Positions 39,324 to 49,552 of a stretch of DNA of 64,000 nucleotides are shown here, in pieces. The translations under genes and the position numbers were made by a program. Location: the NCBI GenBank assembly GCA_030599585.1, contig JAUVNS010000001.1, positions 96,001 to 160,000 on the forward strand, in the 5' to 3' direction. The stretch is from Promethearchaeota archaeon (GTDB taxonomy: Archaea > Asgardarchaeota > Lokiarchaeia > Sigyniarchaeales > SOKP01). The notes under the pieces are model-generated. The model was not told the origin of the DNA and did no database searches. It was given only the letters and a program-made list of their open reading frames with translations. Positions within the stretch are counted from its first letter, which is position 1; the number at the start of each line of letters is the position of its first letter.

Positions 39324-39779
39324 TTGAGAGTGAATTTGATGAGTAGAAAAAAAATAACTTGGTTTGGATTTAACTTAACACAAGCGCAATCTGTATCCTT
39401 ATTTATATTATCAATTGCAGGACTCTTCATTTCAACATTTTTGTTTATGTCAATATTGTATCCGTTACTTATGAACATGATATTTTACGATCCCTATTAT
39501 TACCCTCCAGAAGATGATTATATGATAATGATGCTTTTTAGCATGCTTCCTTATATGTTTGTCTTATGTGGCGTATTTGTAATTAGTCTTTATTCCTTGA
39601 TTCGTTGCAGAAAAATTGCCAAATATTACTCTACTTCAATTGATCCTGTAATAGAACAGAAACCAAAATCTTCTTATACCAAAGTACCACCGAAATCCAT
39701 TGCCCAATTTTGTTCTAACTGTGGAGAAATGAAGAAAGGCTATGAAAAATTTTGTACTAATTGTGGGCACCAAGCATAA
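39324..39779 (+). CDS. two-TM protein with C-terminal zinc ribbon
   Basis: 2 TM; FCSNCG...FCTNCG. Confidence 0.75.
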   Translation: MRVNLMSRKKITWFGFNLTQAQSVSLFILSIAGLFISTFLFMSILYPLLMNMIFYDPYYYPPEDDYMIMMLFSMLPYMFVLCGVFVISLYSLIRCRKIAKYYSTSIDPVIEQKPKSSYTKVPPKSIAQFCSNCGEMKKGYEKFCTNCGHQA

Positions 39780-39823
39780 TATCAAAAAAAATAATAAAAA
39801 AATAAAAATAGGTTACTTTAAGC

Positions 39824-41230
39824 TCAGATTTTTTTCAATTCTTCTCTTATGCGTTCAAGTCTTTCTCCATGTAAACCATAATATTTCATGGCTAGAAGTC
39901 CAATTACAAGTGCGATACTAGGAAAGATAACCATTATAGCTTTCAGACCCAAAATAACTAAACCTGGGTCTGCAGGTAAGGGAATAAATTGTTTGTCCCA
40001 ACCTATATTTCCAAACATTAAGCCAATAGTTAAAATGACTAAGATTATTGAGATTCTATGAATAAATGCGTTAATTCCATAAAAGCTAGCAGATCGTTTA
40101 ACTCCAAATTTAACTGCGTCTTCGTCTATAACATCAGCGTGCAAAATGTCTACGTAAAACAATGCCCCTGACAATGGAAATCCTTGAAGTGCTATAAGAA
40201 GAATAAATGCGATTTGAAACGCTTCTCCAGTTATAAATAGGAATGGAAACAGCGTACAAATCCAAATTCCTAATGTTATCATGAAAGCTTTTCGCATTCC
40301 GTATTTAAAGCCAAGCTTTTTGTGAATTGGCATGACAAGGGCAGCAATGATAAAAGCTAACATTAGCGATATCCCGACTATAAGCGAGCCCCCTCCTGCA
40401 AAAAGAGAACCTCCTATAACGTATTTAGCGTAAATGGGAATAATCATAGGTAAAATGCTAAAACAGTACCAAACCGCAGTATTTGCTACAACGAATTTTA
40501 CAAATGTTTTATTTGTCAATGTAATTTTCATTGATTGAAAAAACGATGGTCTTTTTTCGAAGTCTTCCGCTTTTTCTACTTTTTCTTCAATCCCCTTCAA
40601 AAGAAACGGTATTGAGATTAAAAGCGTAAAAGCTGCTACGACGATCGCCATTATAAAATATTCGTTTTTAGCGACGGGAATTGCGGCGGTTTCTGGAACT
40701 AAATCGGTAATAAATATCATAGGAATAAGTGAGCTTAATATTAAGCCAACTACAGTTAGCGCTTTTATAATTAAATTAGTAGAAGCTCTCTGTTTCATAT
40801 TTGGGAACATTTCTGGGAAAAGAGCGTTCACGTTTACGTCAAACATAGTATAGAAGAACTCAAAGATAACAATCGTTGATAAAAAGTAAATAAACTCTAG
40901 CATTTTATCGCTTGAAGTGAAAGGCACGTAGAACATTAAAACCACCATAATGCATAACGGAATTATCGAAATCAGTAGATAAAACTTTCTCTTTCCCAAC
41001 TTTCCTCTATGCTTCGTCCTTTCTGAGAGTGCTCCGAGCATAGGGTCGTTAATTGCGTTCCATATACCCCATAAAACGTAGGTAATTATCATTAGAGTCA
41101 ATGGAATTTCGATGACTGTAAAATAGAAGGTAAAAATCAAGAATTGAAAGATTTGGTAAGTAAGCTGATCCGGAAATGCACTAAGCCCAAAAAGGAATTT
41201 CTTCTTAAATGTTAATTTCTCTTCACTCAT
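39824..41230 (-). CDS. MFS transporter, GPH/MelB-like
   Basis: WNAINDPMLGALSERT...GKRK; ADVIDED. Confidence 0.9.
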   Translation of the reverse strand: MSEEKLTFKKKFLFGLSAFPDQLTYQIFQFLIFTFYFTVIEIPLTLMIITYVLWGIWNAINDPMLGALSERTKHRGKLGKRKFYLLISIIPLCIMVVLMFYVPFTSSDKMLEFIYFLSTIVIFEFFYTMFDVNVNALFPEMFPNMKQRASTNLIIKALTVVGLILSSLIPMIFITDLVPETAAIPVAKNEYFIMAIVVAAFTLLISIPFLLKGIEEKVEKAEDFEKRPSFFQSMKITLTNKTFVKFVVANTAVWYCFSILPMIIPIYAKYVIGGSLFAGGGSLIVGISLMLAFIIAALVMPIHKKLGFKYGMRKAFMITLGIWICTLFPFLFITGEAFQIAFILLIALQGFPLSGALFYVDILHADVIDEDAVKFGVKRSASFYGINAFIHRISIILVILTIGLMFGNIGWDKQFIPLPADPGLVILGLKAIMVIFPSIALVIGLLAMKYYGLHGERLERIREELKKI

Positions 41231-41537
41231 TTTTAATACCTAAATTCTAATTAAATTTTAATTGAGTTTGATTACATTATATTTTATTTAAAATTATGCT
41301 TAATTAAAGTCAAAGAGGAGTTCTTAAAAGGTTAACTCAGAAATTCTATTCCAATGATGTTCAATCGCATCATTTCTTACATCTAAGTTTAATTAGATTT
41401 AATTTGGTTAAAAACTACAAACAATCAATATCAAATGCTGTTTTATAATAAATGAAACAAATATTTTAAAACATGGAATTTATATTTTTTAATATTACAT
41501 ATTAAAAAACTAATTTAATAAATAGAGAAGAAAAACG

Positions 41538-42335
41538 ATGAAAATTGTTGATATTGAAGGTGTAGGAGAAAAATATGCAAAGACACTTGGAAAAGCTACG
41601 ATTGCAAATGTAGAAGACTTGATACCGTTGAAATGGAGTGAAATTAAAGAACTTGCTAATACAACTAGTATTTCTTTAAAATTACTCGAAAAATGGCAAG
41701 ATCAAGCAGAATTAATGGTAATTAAAGGTGTAGGTCCTGAATATTCAGAAGTTCTAAATAAAATTGGTATTGATTCTACAAGAGAACTTGCTTATCGAAA
41801 TCCTAAGAATACATTAGATAGCATTGTTAAGTTTGATAAGGAGCAACCTGATGTTATTAGAAAAATACCAAGAGTTGAAGATATTGAGGATTGGATTAAC
41901 AAGGCAAAAGAACTGAATAATGTGAAGAAAACTAAAACAATACCTAAGGAAACCCCGATTATTGAGATCGAGGGAATCGGTAAAAAATATGGAAAAACTA
42001 TGGAAACTGCAGGATATCTCGACGTTGAAAGTTTAATAGGATTAGATAGAGATGCAATCAAAAAACTAGCCGAGAAAACAAAGATTTCAGAAAAATTACT
42101 CGATAAGTGGGCAGAACACGCTGATTTAATGAGAATTGACGGTGTAGGTCCAGAATATGCTGAAGTAATTAATGAAATTGGAATTGATTCAGTTAAAGAA
42201 TTTGCTCAACGTAATCCGAGTAATACTCTAGAACGCATAGCGAAATTAGATAAAGAGAAACCTGACATGTTTAGAAAACCTCCAACTTTAGGTATGATTG
42301 AAGATTGGATTGAGCAAGCTAAAAAAATTAAATAA
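41538..42335 (+). CDS. tandem DUF4332 (HhH) protein
   Basis: Two repeats of IEGxG...LMxIxGVGPEYxE...ExWIxxAK. Confidence 0.85.
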   Translation: MKIVDIEGVGEKYAKTLGKATIANVEDLIPLKWSEIKELANTTSISLKLLEKWQDQAELMVIKGVGPEYSEVLNKIGIDSTRELAYRNPKNTLDSIVKFDKEQPDVIRKIPRVEDIEDWINKAKELNNVKKTKTIPKETPIIEIEGIGKKYGKTMETAGYLDVESLIGLDRDAIKKLAEKTKISEKLLDKWAEHADLMRIDGVGPEYAEVINEIGIDSVKEFAQRNPSNTLERIAKLDKEKPDMFRKPPTLGMIEDWIEQAKKIK

Positions 42336-42416
42336 CTATTTCTATAATACATTTTTCTTTTTTTTATATAAAACATATTTGTTTCTATAAGCTAAATAAA
42401 GGAGTTTACTTAAAAA

Positions 42417-43001
42417 ATGGCGGATTTAAATTTAGATGTAACGTATTTTGAAAAGGGAGGATCTCAAAATACACAGAGGGCTTTGGAAATAGCAAAAAAA
42501 TACGCAGATCAATTTGGTATAAAGGATATCGTCATCGCCAGCACCACAGGAGCATCTGCTGAAAAAGCTGCAGAAATTTTTGACCCAAAGGATTACAATA
42601 TAATGATTGTGACCCACGCCTACTACTTTGTCAACAGTACAACAAGACAAGAATTTCCTGAGGAAAAATTGAATAATCTTAAGGAACTTGGCTTAAACTT
42701 TCATATTGGGACACATTCAATGAGTGGCATTGAAAGAGGAATACGATTGAAAAAAGAAGCTTGGCAATTTGTCGATTTATTAGCTAAGATGTTAGGATAC
42801 CACTTCAGTCAGGGCGTTAAAGTATGCATAGAGATATCAGCAACAATTTGCGATGCAGGACTAATCCCCGACCTTGAAAGAGACATAATCGCAGTCGGGG
42901 GCACTGGAAGAGGTGCTGATACAGTTTGTTTAATTAAACCTGCACCAACAAGCGATTTTAAGAATCTTCGAGTAAAAGCAATATTAGCTAAACCTCTATA
43001 A
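42417..43001 (+). CDS. pyruvate kinase C-terminal (alpha/beta) domain-like protein
   Basis: YFEKGGSQNT, VIASTTG, QGVKVCIEI, DAGLIP, GGTGRGADT. Confidence 0.85.
   Translation: MADLNLDVTYFEKGGSQNTQRALEIAKKYADQFGIKDIVIASTTGASAEKAAEIFDPKDYNIMIVTHAYYFVNSTTRQEFPEEKLNNLKELGLNFHIGTHSMSGIERGIRLKKEAWQFVDLLAKMLGYHFSQGVKVCIEISATICDAGLIPDLERDIIAVGGTGRGADTVCLIKPAPTSDFKNLRVKAILAKPL
42969..43001 (+). repeat. 33-bp direct repeat, left copy (3' end of PK_C-like gene)
   Basis: 31/33 identical to 44011-44043. Confidence 0.85.
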
Positions 43002-43007
43002 AAAGCA

Positions 43008-43161
43008 ATTTTTAGTTTTTGCAATACCATTTCTTTATGTTCGTGAAAAACAGAAAAAAAGTAAAAGACCTCCTGTAGGTAAATTAATCGGTAATACTTT
43101 TAAGCAGCTAGGCAGTACATTTAAAGACATTAGAAAACATAAGTCAATGTTAATCTTTATT
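43008..43161 (+). pseudogene. diverged internal fragment of the MFS gene at 45632-47041
   Basis: Matches 46264-46417; 11 differences in the first 47 codons, 9 synonymous. Confidence 0.9.
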
Positions 43162-43275
43162 AATATACTTCCATTCAGATATTCTTCTTTTTTAATAATT
43201 ATTAAAACAACACATCACATTGAGATGAAGTGATATTCTGCTTCTTTTTAAAAAAAAAAAGAATAAAATTTTGAT

Positions 43276-43830
43276 TTATAGATATGTTTGTATGAATAAA
43301 ATTGTATCATCAATTCTGTTATCGCCCGTGTTATCGCCAGTAGCTGCTCGAATGGAAAATTCGTAATCTCCAGCAGCTAAACCCGAAATAGAATATTGAA
43401 GTGAGACCATACGAAGGCTATCTTCTGCTTCCGAGTTTACTTCTCCAACATATGCATATGGTGCGGGTATTGCCGTACCATTTTGATATATTAAACTCTG
43501 AATCCATTCATAAACTCCAGAATTATCTATTGTATATTTTGCATTAAAGGAGATATATACAGATTCACTTGTATTTACAGTAATAACTATCTGCATATTC
43601 GTGAGGGTGGTAAAAGTGGGTTGTTGTGAAGGCGTTTGGGATGTTAAATACTCCGCATACCATATCTCTTGCACTATATTTCCTTCTCCTGTGGGTGATG
43701 TGGGTGATGTGGTTGATGTGGGGATGAGATTGTTAAAGTATATGAAAGAAAAACCTCCAAAACCCAATCCACTAATAGCTAATATAAATGCTAAAATGGC
43801 AATACCTCTTCCAGTTCTTGTTTTACCCAT
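43276..43830 (-). CDS. N-terminally anchored surface protein: TM, Thr/Pro linker, beta-sandwich (BclA/C1q-like by eye)
   Basis: IAILAFILAISGLGFGG TM; PTSTTSPTSPT; beta-rich domain ending GLAAGDYEFSIR. Confidence 0.7.
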   Translation of the reverse strand: MGKTRTGRGIAILAFILAISGLGFGGFSFIYFNNLIPTSTTSPTSPTGEGNIVQEIWYAEYLTSQTPSQQPTFTTLTNMQIVITVNTSESVYISFNAKYTIDNSGVYEWIQSLIYQNGTAIPAPYAYVGEVNSEAEDSLRMVSLQYSISGLAAGDYEFSIRAATGDNTGDNRIDDTILFIQTYL

Positions 43831-44010
43831 ATTGTCAATACCTCGTTTTTAAATAAGATTTTTTAAATTAAATGCTATTATTATTTTTTATTCTATTTAA
43901 TTTATTAAATCTTCTAACTTATTTCCTTTTATGTAAAAAAAGTGAATCCAAGTGATATATTGTGATAATGGTTGGGATTATTGGCGGAACAGGGATTGTA
44001 TTAATATTCA

Positions 44011-44043
44011 CGAGTAAAAGCAATACTTGCTAAACCTCTATAA
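44011..44043 (+). repeat. 33-bp direct repeat, right copy
   Basis: CGAGTAAAAGCAATACTTGCTAAACCTCTATAA, encodes RVKAILAKPL*. Confidence 0.85.
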
Positions 44044-44099
44044 TTAATTCTAATATATTTCTTAAATAGAAGTAAGATGTAGCCTTACTACTATATAGA

Positions 44100-45218
44100 T
44101 TAGGGTGCGTTTTTTACTTTCTTTCTCATTTTATTTATTTTTTCTTCAATTTTTATTGCAGATTTTAAACTCAATTTGCTTAGTGCCACTTTTAACGAAG
44201 CTTTCCAACCCCAACTTTTATATATCTGACGTAGAATCAAGCTAAATATAACGAAAGTTAATAGGGAGGCAATCCAAATTTGAATGAGGTCTAACCTTTT
44301 GTAAAAAATAAAATATAAGAAATTATGCCCTAGAAAAACTGTAAAGGAGTAGTACGAGAAGTAAAAAAAAACGCGGTAACTTTTCTTGGTTTTAAAAACA
44401 TTATATTCTTCTAAAGTTATTAAAATTAGTAGTATTATCAAATCAATGCCTAATGTATATATTAACCAAGAAAAACTACTCCTAACAAGAAAATTTGGAA
44501 AATTGAATAATATTCCAAATGAAATTAGCGATAAACTTATGCCGCCTATGGGGAACCACATCTTTTTTTTAATCATTTTCCTTCTATGTACGAGATTTTT
44601 ATTTTTATTTAAATCATTTATGATATCTCCAACAATAGTTCCAAAAAGAAAGAAAGGAAAAAATAATAAAACAGGATCTTGACTAAAGTCGTTATAAAAA
44701 ATGTGATATAATACACCTTGAAGATTTTCTTGATTTTGAAATGGAATAAAAGTAAAATACATAAATTGGCTAATAAGCCATATAGAAAAACCAATCGCGA
44801 TTCTAGACTTCTTTGAAAACTTTAATAAAGGCCAAGATATAAGTAACGAAAATGCAGCAGTCATTAAGACAAACCAAGTCCAAATCCACGATAAATTAGA
44901 TATCGTTAAAGCAATAGCCAAGTTATAAATTATTGCTATTATTAATAGAAAAGAAGCTCGAAGATAATAAGAGAGTTTTACCCTTGTGTAACTTATATCT
45001 TTTAATATTTCAACTCTATGCATGCGGTTTCGATATGACAATGCGACACTTACTCCAGAAATAAATAAAAAACCCGAAGCCCCAATTGGATCTATAATAC
45101 CTACGGTATTAGTTTGTAACCAATCACCACCACTAAACCACCAATCAATTAGGTGAGTTAAAAACATATAACTCATACACATGCCACGAAAAATGTCAAT
45201 ACTTTTAAATCTCTGCAT
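44100..45218 (-). CDS. heparan-alpha-glucosaminide N-acetyltransferase-like (DUF1624) membrane acyltransferase
   Basis: RFKSIDIFRG...H, FLFISGVS, SFTVFLGH; about 10 TM. Confidence 0.85.
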   Translation of the reverse strand: MQRFKSIDIFRGMCMSYMFLTHLIDWWFSGGDWLQTNTVGIIDPIGASGFLFISGVSVALSYRNRMHRVEILKDISYTRVKLSYYLRASFLLIIAIIYNLAIALTISNLSWIWTWFVLMTAAFSLLISWPLLKFSKKSRIAIGFSIWLISQFMYFTFIPFQNQENLQGVLYHIFYNDFSQDPVLLFFPFFLFGTIVGDIINDLNKNKNLVHRRKMIKKKMWFPIGGISLSLISFGILFNFPNFLVRSSFSWLIYTLGIDLIILLILITLEEYNVFKTKKSYRVFFYFSYYSFTVFLGHNFLYFIFYKRLDLIQIWIASLLTFVIFSLILRQIYKSWGWKASLKVALSKLSLKSAIKIEEKINKMRKKVKNAP

Positions 45219-45242
45219 TTTCCTATTGATTAATATTCCATA

Positions 45243-45435
45243 CTATTTATGAATTTTTACTTTTTCTAACCTTTTGGCTAAACCTGAGCTCAATCTTCTT
45301 CCAAATAGCACTTTAATAGAAAGAAATGAGAGGTTTCTCTCTTTTTGATTTTGTATTCGAAAAACATCAAAAATAACCTCTCCTATAATGGTACTTCTTA
45401 AAACAAAGCTGAAATAGTGAGGCAATGGGATGCAT
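45243..45435 (-). pseudogene. internally deleted remnant of a paralog of the downstream acyltransferase
   Basis: YFSFVLRSTIIGEVIFD ~ FFPFFLFGTIVGDIIND, joined to LSIKVLFGRRLSSGLAKRLEK ~ ASLKVALSKLSLKSAIKIEEK. Confidence 0.6.
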
Positions 45436-45631
45436 CTATAGAGTTATATAAGATATAATATAGAATCCCAGTAATATTATTTTGCCCTTGGTATAAAAAG
45501 TGTGAGTCTAAATTTCTTCTTTTTATTTTTTGAAGGCTTTGAAGAAATCTGAATCCGTTGACACAAAATTTATAAGAATATGGATTACAAAATCTATCAA
45601 TTAAAATTATCTATATATAAAAATGATTTAA

Positions 45632-47041
45632 ATGTCGTTAGATATTAAAAACGAAGAAATTGAAGTAGAAACTATAACAACTAAGCGCAATGTGTTTTTT
45701 TGGGCGATGTACGATTTAGCTAATACGATTTATTCCATGGTTATTGTCAGTCTAATAATTAATCGTTATATACTGGTGATAGGCCAAGCCGAATACGGAA
45801 TGTCTTATGGTGAAGCTAACTTTCTCTTTGGTGTAGTTGCCTTTGTTATGCAGATAGCAATAGCAATCTGTATACCTTTTTTAGGAGCGCTGAGTGATAA
45901 TGTAGGAAAGCGTAAACCATTTGTTATAAGCTTAACAGGGATAATCATTCTCTTTGCCGGGCTATTGGGATTTTCCCATGATCTTACATTAGTTTTCTTG
46001 TTTTTTATTATTGCAAATGTTTCTTATCAATTTAGTTTAATGTTCTATGACGCAATGCTTCCATTTATTGCTAAAAGGGAAGATCTTGGAAAGGTTGCTG
46101 GTTTTGGAGTCGCGTGGGGCTACTTTGGTACGATTATTTCTCTCTTTATCATGATGCCTTTAATCCTTGGACCATTGGGGGACATGAATTCTGATCCTTC
46201 ACAAGGTCCAATCGTATATGGCTATGCTGGTGATTGGTTCACATTTGTCTTACCCATGATTCTATTTTTAGTTTTTGCAATACCATTTCTTTACGTTCGT
46301 GAAAAGCAGAAGAAAGGTAAAAGACCTCCAGTAGGGAAGTTAATCGGTAATACTTTTAAGCAGTTAGGTAGTACATTTAAAGAGATTAGAAAACATAAAT
46401 CAATGATTATTTTCATTATTGGTTACTTCTTTGTTGCTGATGTTGCTAATGTCATAGTTCTTTATATGACTCCACTTGTTACTGATGGGTTAGTTATTGG
46501 AACTGGGGGAACTTCATCTACATTTTATGCCATACTTTTTATAATAATTGCCACATTTTCTGCCGTGGTTTTTACTTATTTCGTTGGAAAGTTTGGTGAA
46601 AAATACGGAGCAAAGAAAACATTTTACCTCGTAGGGACTTTATGGGCTGTTGCACTAATAATTGGAGTTATATTAGTATTTACAACACCGTCCATCGAAG
46701 TTGGCGCAAATATCCCTTTTATATTTAGCCTTATTATGGGAGTGGTAGCCGGACCAGCTCTGGGAGGAACATGGACAGCACAACGAATCATGGTAATTGA
46801 GCTTGCTCCTAAAGAAAAGTTCGGAGAGTTTTTTGGTTTTTCAAAGTTAAGCGGAAAACTATCTTCAGCATTAGGGCCATTAGTTTGGGGTACTGTTATG
46901 TTAACTTACGATGTAATAGGCAAGGCAGCATATGGTTGGGCAATGATATCTGTAGGTATTATATTGGCATTAGGCATCTTTATCCTAAGCTTCGTCCAAA
47001 AAGAGAATAATAATGATTTAGTGTTAAAACAAGCGCGATAA
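45632..47041 (+). CDS. MFS transporter, UMF1/Atg22-like
   Basis: WAMYDLANT, GALSDNVGKRK, FYDAMLP, GEFFGF...GK. Confidence 0.9.
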   Translation: MSLDIKNEEIEVETITTKRNVFFWAMYDLANTIYSMVIVSLIINRYILVIGQAEYGMSYGEANFLFGVVAFVMQIAIAICIPFLGALSDNVGKRKPFVISLTGIIILFAGLLGFSHDLTLVFLFFIIANVSYQFSLMFYDAMLPFIAKREDLGKVAGFGVAWGYFGTIISLFIMMPLILGPLGDMNSDPSQGPIVYGYAGDWFTFVLPMILFLVFAIPFLYVREKQKKGKRPPVGKLIGNTFKQLGSTFKEIRKHKSMIIFIIGYFFVADVANVIVLYMTPLVTDGLVIGTGGTSSTFYAILFIIIATFSAVVFTYFVGKFGEKYGAKKTFYLVGTLWAVALIIGVILVFTTPSIEVGANIPFIFSLIMGVVAGPALGGTWTAQRIMVIELAPKEKFGEFFGFSKLSGKLSSALGPLVWGTVMLTYDVIGKAAYGWAMISVGIILALGIFILSFVQKENNNDLVLKQAR

Positions 47042-47146
47042 GGAAATACTTATAACCTTTTTTTTTATTTTTTTAAACTGATAGCAATTCAACTTTAGCT
47101 CAACAGATACTAAAAAGATAATAAGAAAAAGATAAAAAAAGAAATT

Positions 47147-48334
47147 TTAAATTATATCTAATTTTTTTCCAACTTTTTCAATGGAAGCTAGCGCCAAGTT
47201 TAAATCTTCTTTAGTTAACAAGGCGTTCATCTGAACTCGAATCCTTGACAATTCTCTTGCGACCATAGGGAAGACTATTGGTGTGCCATAGATATTTTCT
47301 TCTTCGAACAAGATTCTTGCGAGTTCTTGAGCTTTACCAGGATCGCCAATAATCAAAGGAATGATTGGCGTTTCTGATCTACCAGTGTCGTATCCCATAC
47401 TTTGAACTTCTTTCTTGAAATAGTTAGTGTGTTCCCAGACTGCTTTAAAGTGTTGAGGTTCGTTTTCAACAACTTCTATTGAAGCGATGTTAGCTGCTAC
47501 TATTCCAGGTGGATGAGCAGTGCTTAACAAATATGTTCTACTTTTGTTCGTACAGAATTCAATCAAGTCTTTAGAACCAGCGACGGTGCCGCCAAACACT
47601 CCGAATCCTTTGCTCATTGAGCCTCCTTCCACGTGAACTTTTCCTTGTAAATTAAAATGTGCAACGATACCTTTACCTTCTCCAAGAATGCCTTCTCCAT
47701 GGCAATCATCCACGAAAACCATAGCTCCAAAATCTTCCGCTACGCCTACAATCTTATCTAAAGGAGCCATGTCTCCATCCATGCTAAAAACTCCATCAGT
47801 AATGATGCAAATTCTTCTAGCTCCACCTTTTTCAGCTTCTTTTAATTGTTTTTCTAAATCTGAAATATCTCTATGTTTAAAAATAACCCGTTTCGCACCG
47901 GATAACCTAACGCCATCAATAATAGAACCGTGGTTTAATTCATCTGAGACAACTATGTCGGGCTTTCCAACCAACATCGGAATTAATCCCGAGTTTACTG
48001 CAAATCCTGTCTGACATAAGAGCGATGCTTCGACTTCTTTATATTTCGCAAATTTTTCTTGAAATTCACGGGTTAAATCAAAACTCCCAGCAATAACTGG
48101 AACTGCCCCTGCTCCTGCCCCATATTTTTTAGTGGCGTCAATTGCTGCCTGAATAATTTTTGGATGTGTAGCTAATCCCAAATAATTATTTGTATTAAGC
48201 ATCAATACTTCTTTTCCATTTACAATGCAATGTGGCTTAGAACCTCCTTCTAAATATCGAATAACCCATTCAAGATTGTTGCCTCTCAATTCGGTCATAT
48301 CCTCCTTAAGAAAAGCAACTGGATCTCTCTTCAT
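47147..48334 (-). CDS. kbl: glycine C-acetyltransferase (2-amino-3-ketobutyrate CoA ligase)
   Basis: NNYLGLA, SDELNHGSIIDG, TDGVFSMDGD, DDCHG, SMSK; divergent from a tdh-like gene. Confidence 0.8.
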   Translation of the reverse strand: MKRDPVAFLKEDMTELRGNNLEWVIRYLEGGSKPHCIVNGKEVLMLNTNNYLGLATHPKIIQAAIDATKKYGAGAGAVPVIAGSFDLTREFQEKFAKYKEVEASLLCQTGFAVNSGLIPMLVGKPDIVVSDELNHGSIIDGVRLSGAKRVIFKHRDISDLEKQLKEAEKGGARRICIITDGVFSMDGDMAPLDKIVGVAEDFGAMVFVDDCHGEGILGEGKGIVAHFNLQGKVHVEGGSMSKGFGVFGGTVAGSKDLIEFCTNKSRTYLLSTAHPPGIVAANIASIEVVENEPQHFKAVWEHTNYFKKEVQSMGYDTGRSETPIIPLIIGDPGKAQELARILFEEENIYGTPIVFPMVARELSRIRVQMNALLTKEDLNLALASIEKVGKKLDII

Positions 48335-48522
48335 ATGTTCATATCACCTTAAATTTTTTTGAATCATGTGTAAATTAATAAATTAAGTCTATTTAGAAAC
48401 CTATATTAGTTTTTGCTATAAGAAATAAAAGGGGTTCAAAGTGGGAGAAAAATGGATAAACCTTTTTTAATTGGGTGAATTATGAACTTCATTATTGTTA
48501 CTAAGAATTATGAACATGAAAA

Positions 48523-49485
48523 TTGATGAATATGAGTAGAAAAAGAAAAATACTTGTAATAGGCAGCGCTGGTCAGATCGGCTCTGAACTAGTTCCTGCG
48601 TTAAGAACAAAGTACGGTGGAGAAAACGTAATAGCTACTGGTAGAAGAACTCCACTTCCCGATGCTATTAAAAATTCGGGACCAGTAATCTACTTAGATG
48701 CACTAGATAAGGATTCTATTGCAAAAGTTATCTTCGAATATGAAATCGATACTATCTTTCACATGGCTTCAATTTTATCTGCTACCGGAGAAAAAATACC
48801 TCAAACAGCTTGGGATATAAATTTAAATGGTTTAATTAATGTTTTGGAAGTTGCGAGAAGTTATAAAATTGATAGAGTCATTTGGCCTAGCTCCATAGCG
48901 GCTTTTGGTCCTACAACTCCCCGAGAGAATACACCTAATATTACGGTGCTACAACCGACTACGATGTATGGGATAACCAAAGTAGCGGGAGAACTTCTTG
49001 CAGAATATTACTATAATAAGTATAACTTAGATATAAGATCGATGAGATTACCGGGAATAATTAGCAGTGAAACTTTGCCAGGTGGCGGAACCACGGACTA
49101 CGCTGTGGAGATTTTTTACGAAGCTATTAAAAATAAACAATATACTTGCTTTCTAAAGGAAGATACAGTATTACCTATGTTGTATATGCCGGATTGTAGC
49201 AAATGTATGATAGACCTTCTAGAAGCAGACAATTCAAAATTAAAACGCCGAGTTTACAATTTAACAGGAATAAGTTTTTCTGCTGGTGAGATCGCAGCCG
49301 AGATCAAGAAACATATACCCGAATTCAAAATTGATTATAAGCCAGATTTCAGACAAGCAATAGCCGATTCTTGGCCTAAAACGATTGACGATTCGCTTGC
49401 TCGAGAAGAATGGGGCTGGAACCCTGAGTACGACCTTGAATCTATGACAAAAGATATGATCGATATTTTAAGTAAAAGATTGTAA
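48523..49485 (+). CDS. tdh: L-threonine 3-dehydrogenase (SDR/GalE-like)
   Basis: GSAGQIG, LSATGE, PSSIAAFG, MYGITK, PGGGTTDYAV. Confidence 0.85.
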   Translation: MMNMSRKRKILVIGSAGQIGSELVPALRTKYGGENVIATGRRTPLPDAIKNSGPVIYLDALDKDSIAKVIFEYEIDTIFHMASILSATGEKIPQTAWDINLNGLINVLEVARSYKIDRVIWPSSIAAFGPTTPRENTPNITVLQPTTMYGITKVAGELLAEYYYNKYNLDIRSMRLPGIISSETLPGGGTTDYAVEIFYEAIKNKQYTCFLKEDTVLPMLYMPDCSKCMIDLLEADNSKLKRRVYNLTGISFSAGEIAAEIKKHIPEFKIDYKPDFRQAIADSWPKTIDDSLAREEWGWNPEYDLESMTKDMIDILSKRL

Positions 49486-49552
49486 AAGTTATAAATCATA
49501 ATTCCTATTTTCTTTTTGATAATTTGTTATATTTACTAGCGAATTTTGTTAA

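Noticed and set aside
43690-43722. Short 9-bp tandem repeat as a CRISPR or contingency locus
   Set aside because: It simply encodes the PTS/TTS linker of the surface protein; there are no spacers
43008-46417. DGR template for the MFS gene
   Set aside because: Differences are mostly synonymous third-position changes, not adenine-specific
47147-49485. kbl/tdh divergent pair as a novelty
   Set aside because: Standard threonine-to-glycine + acetyl-CoA pathway
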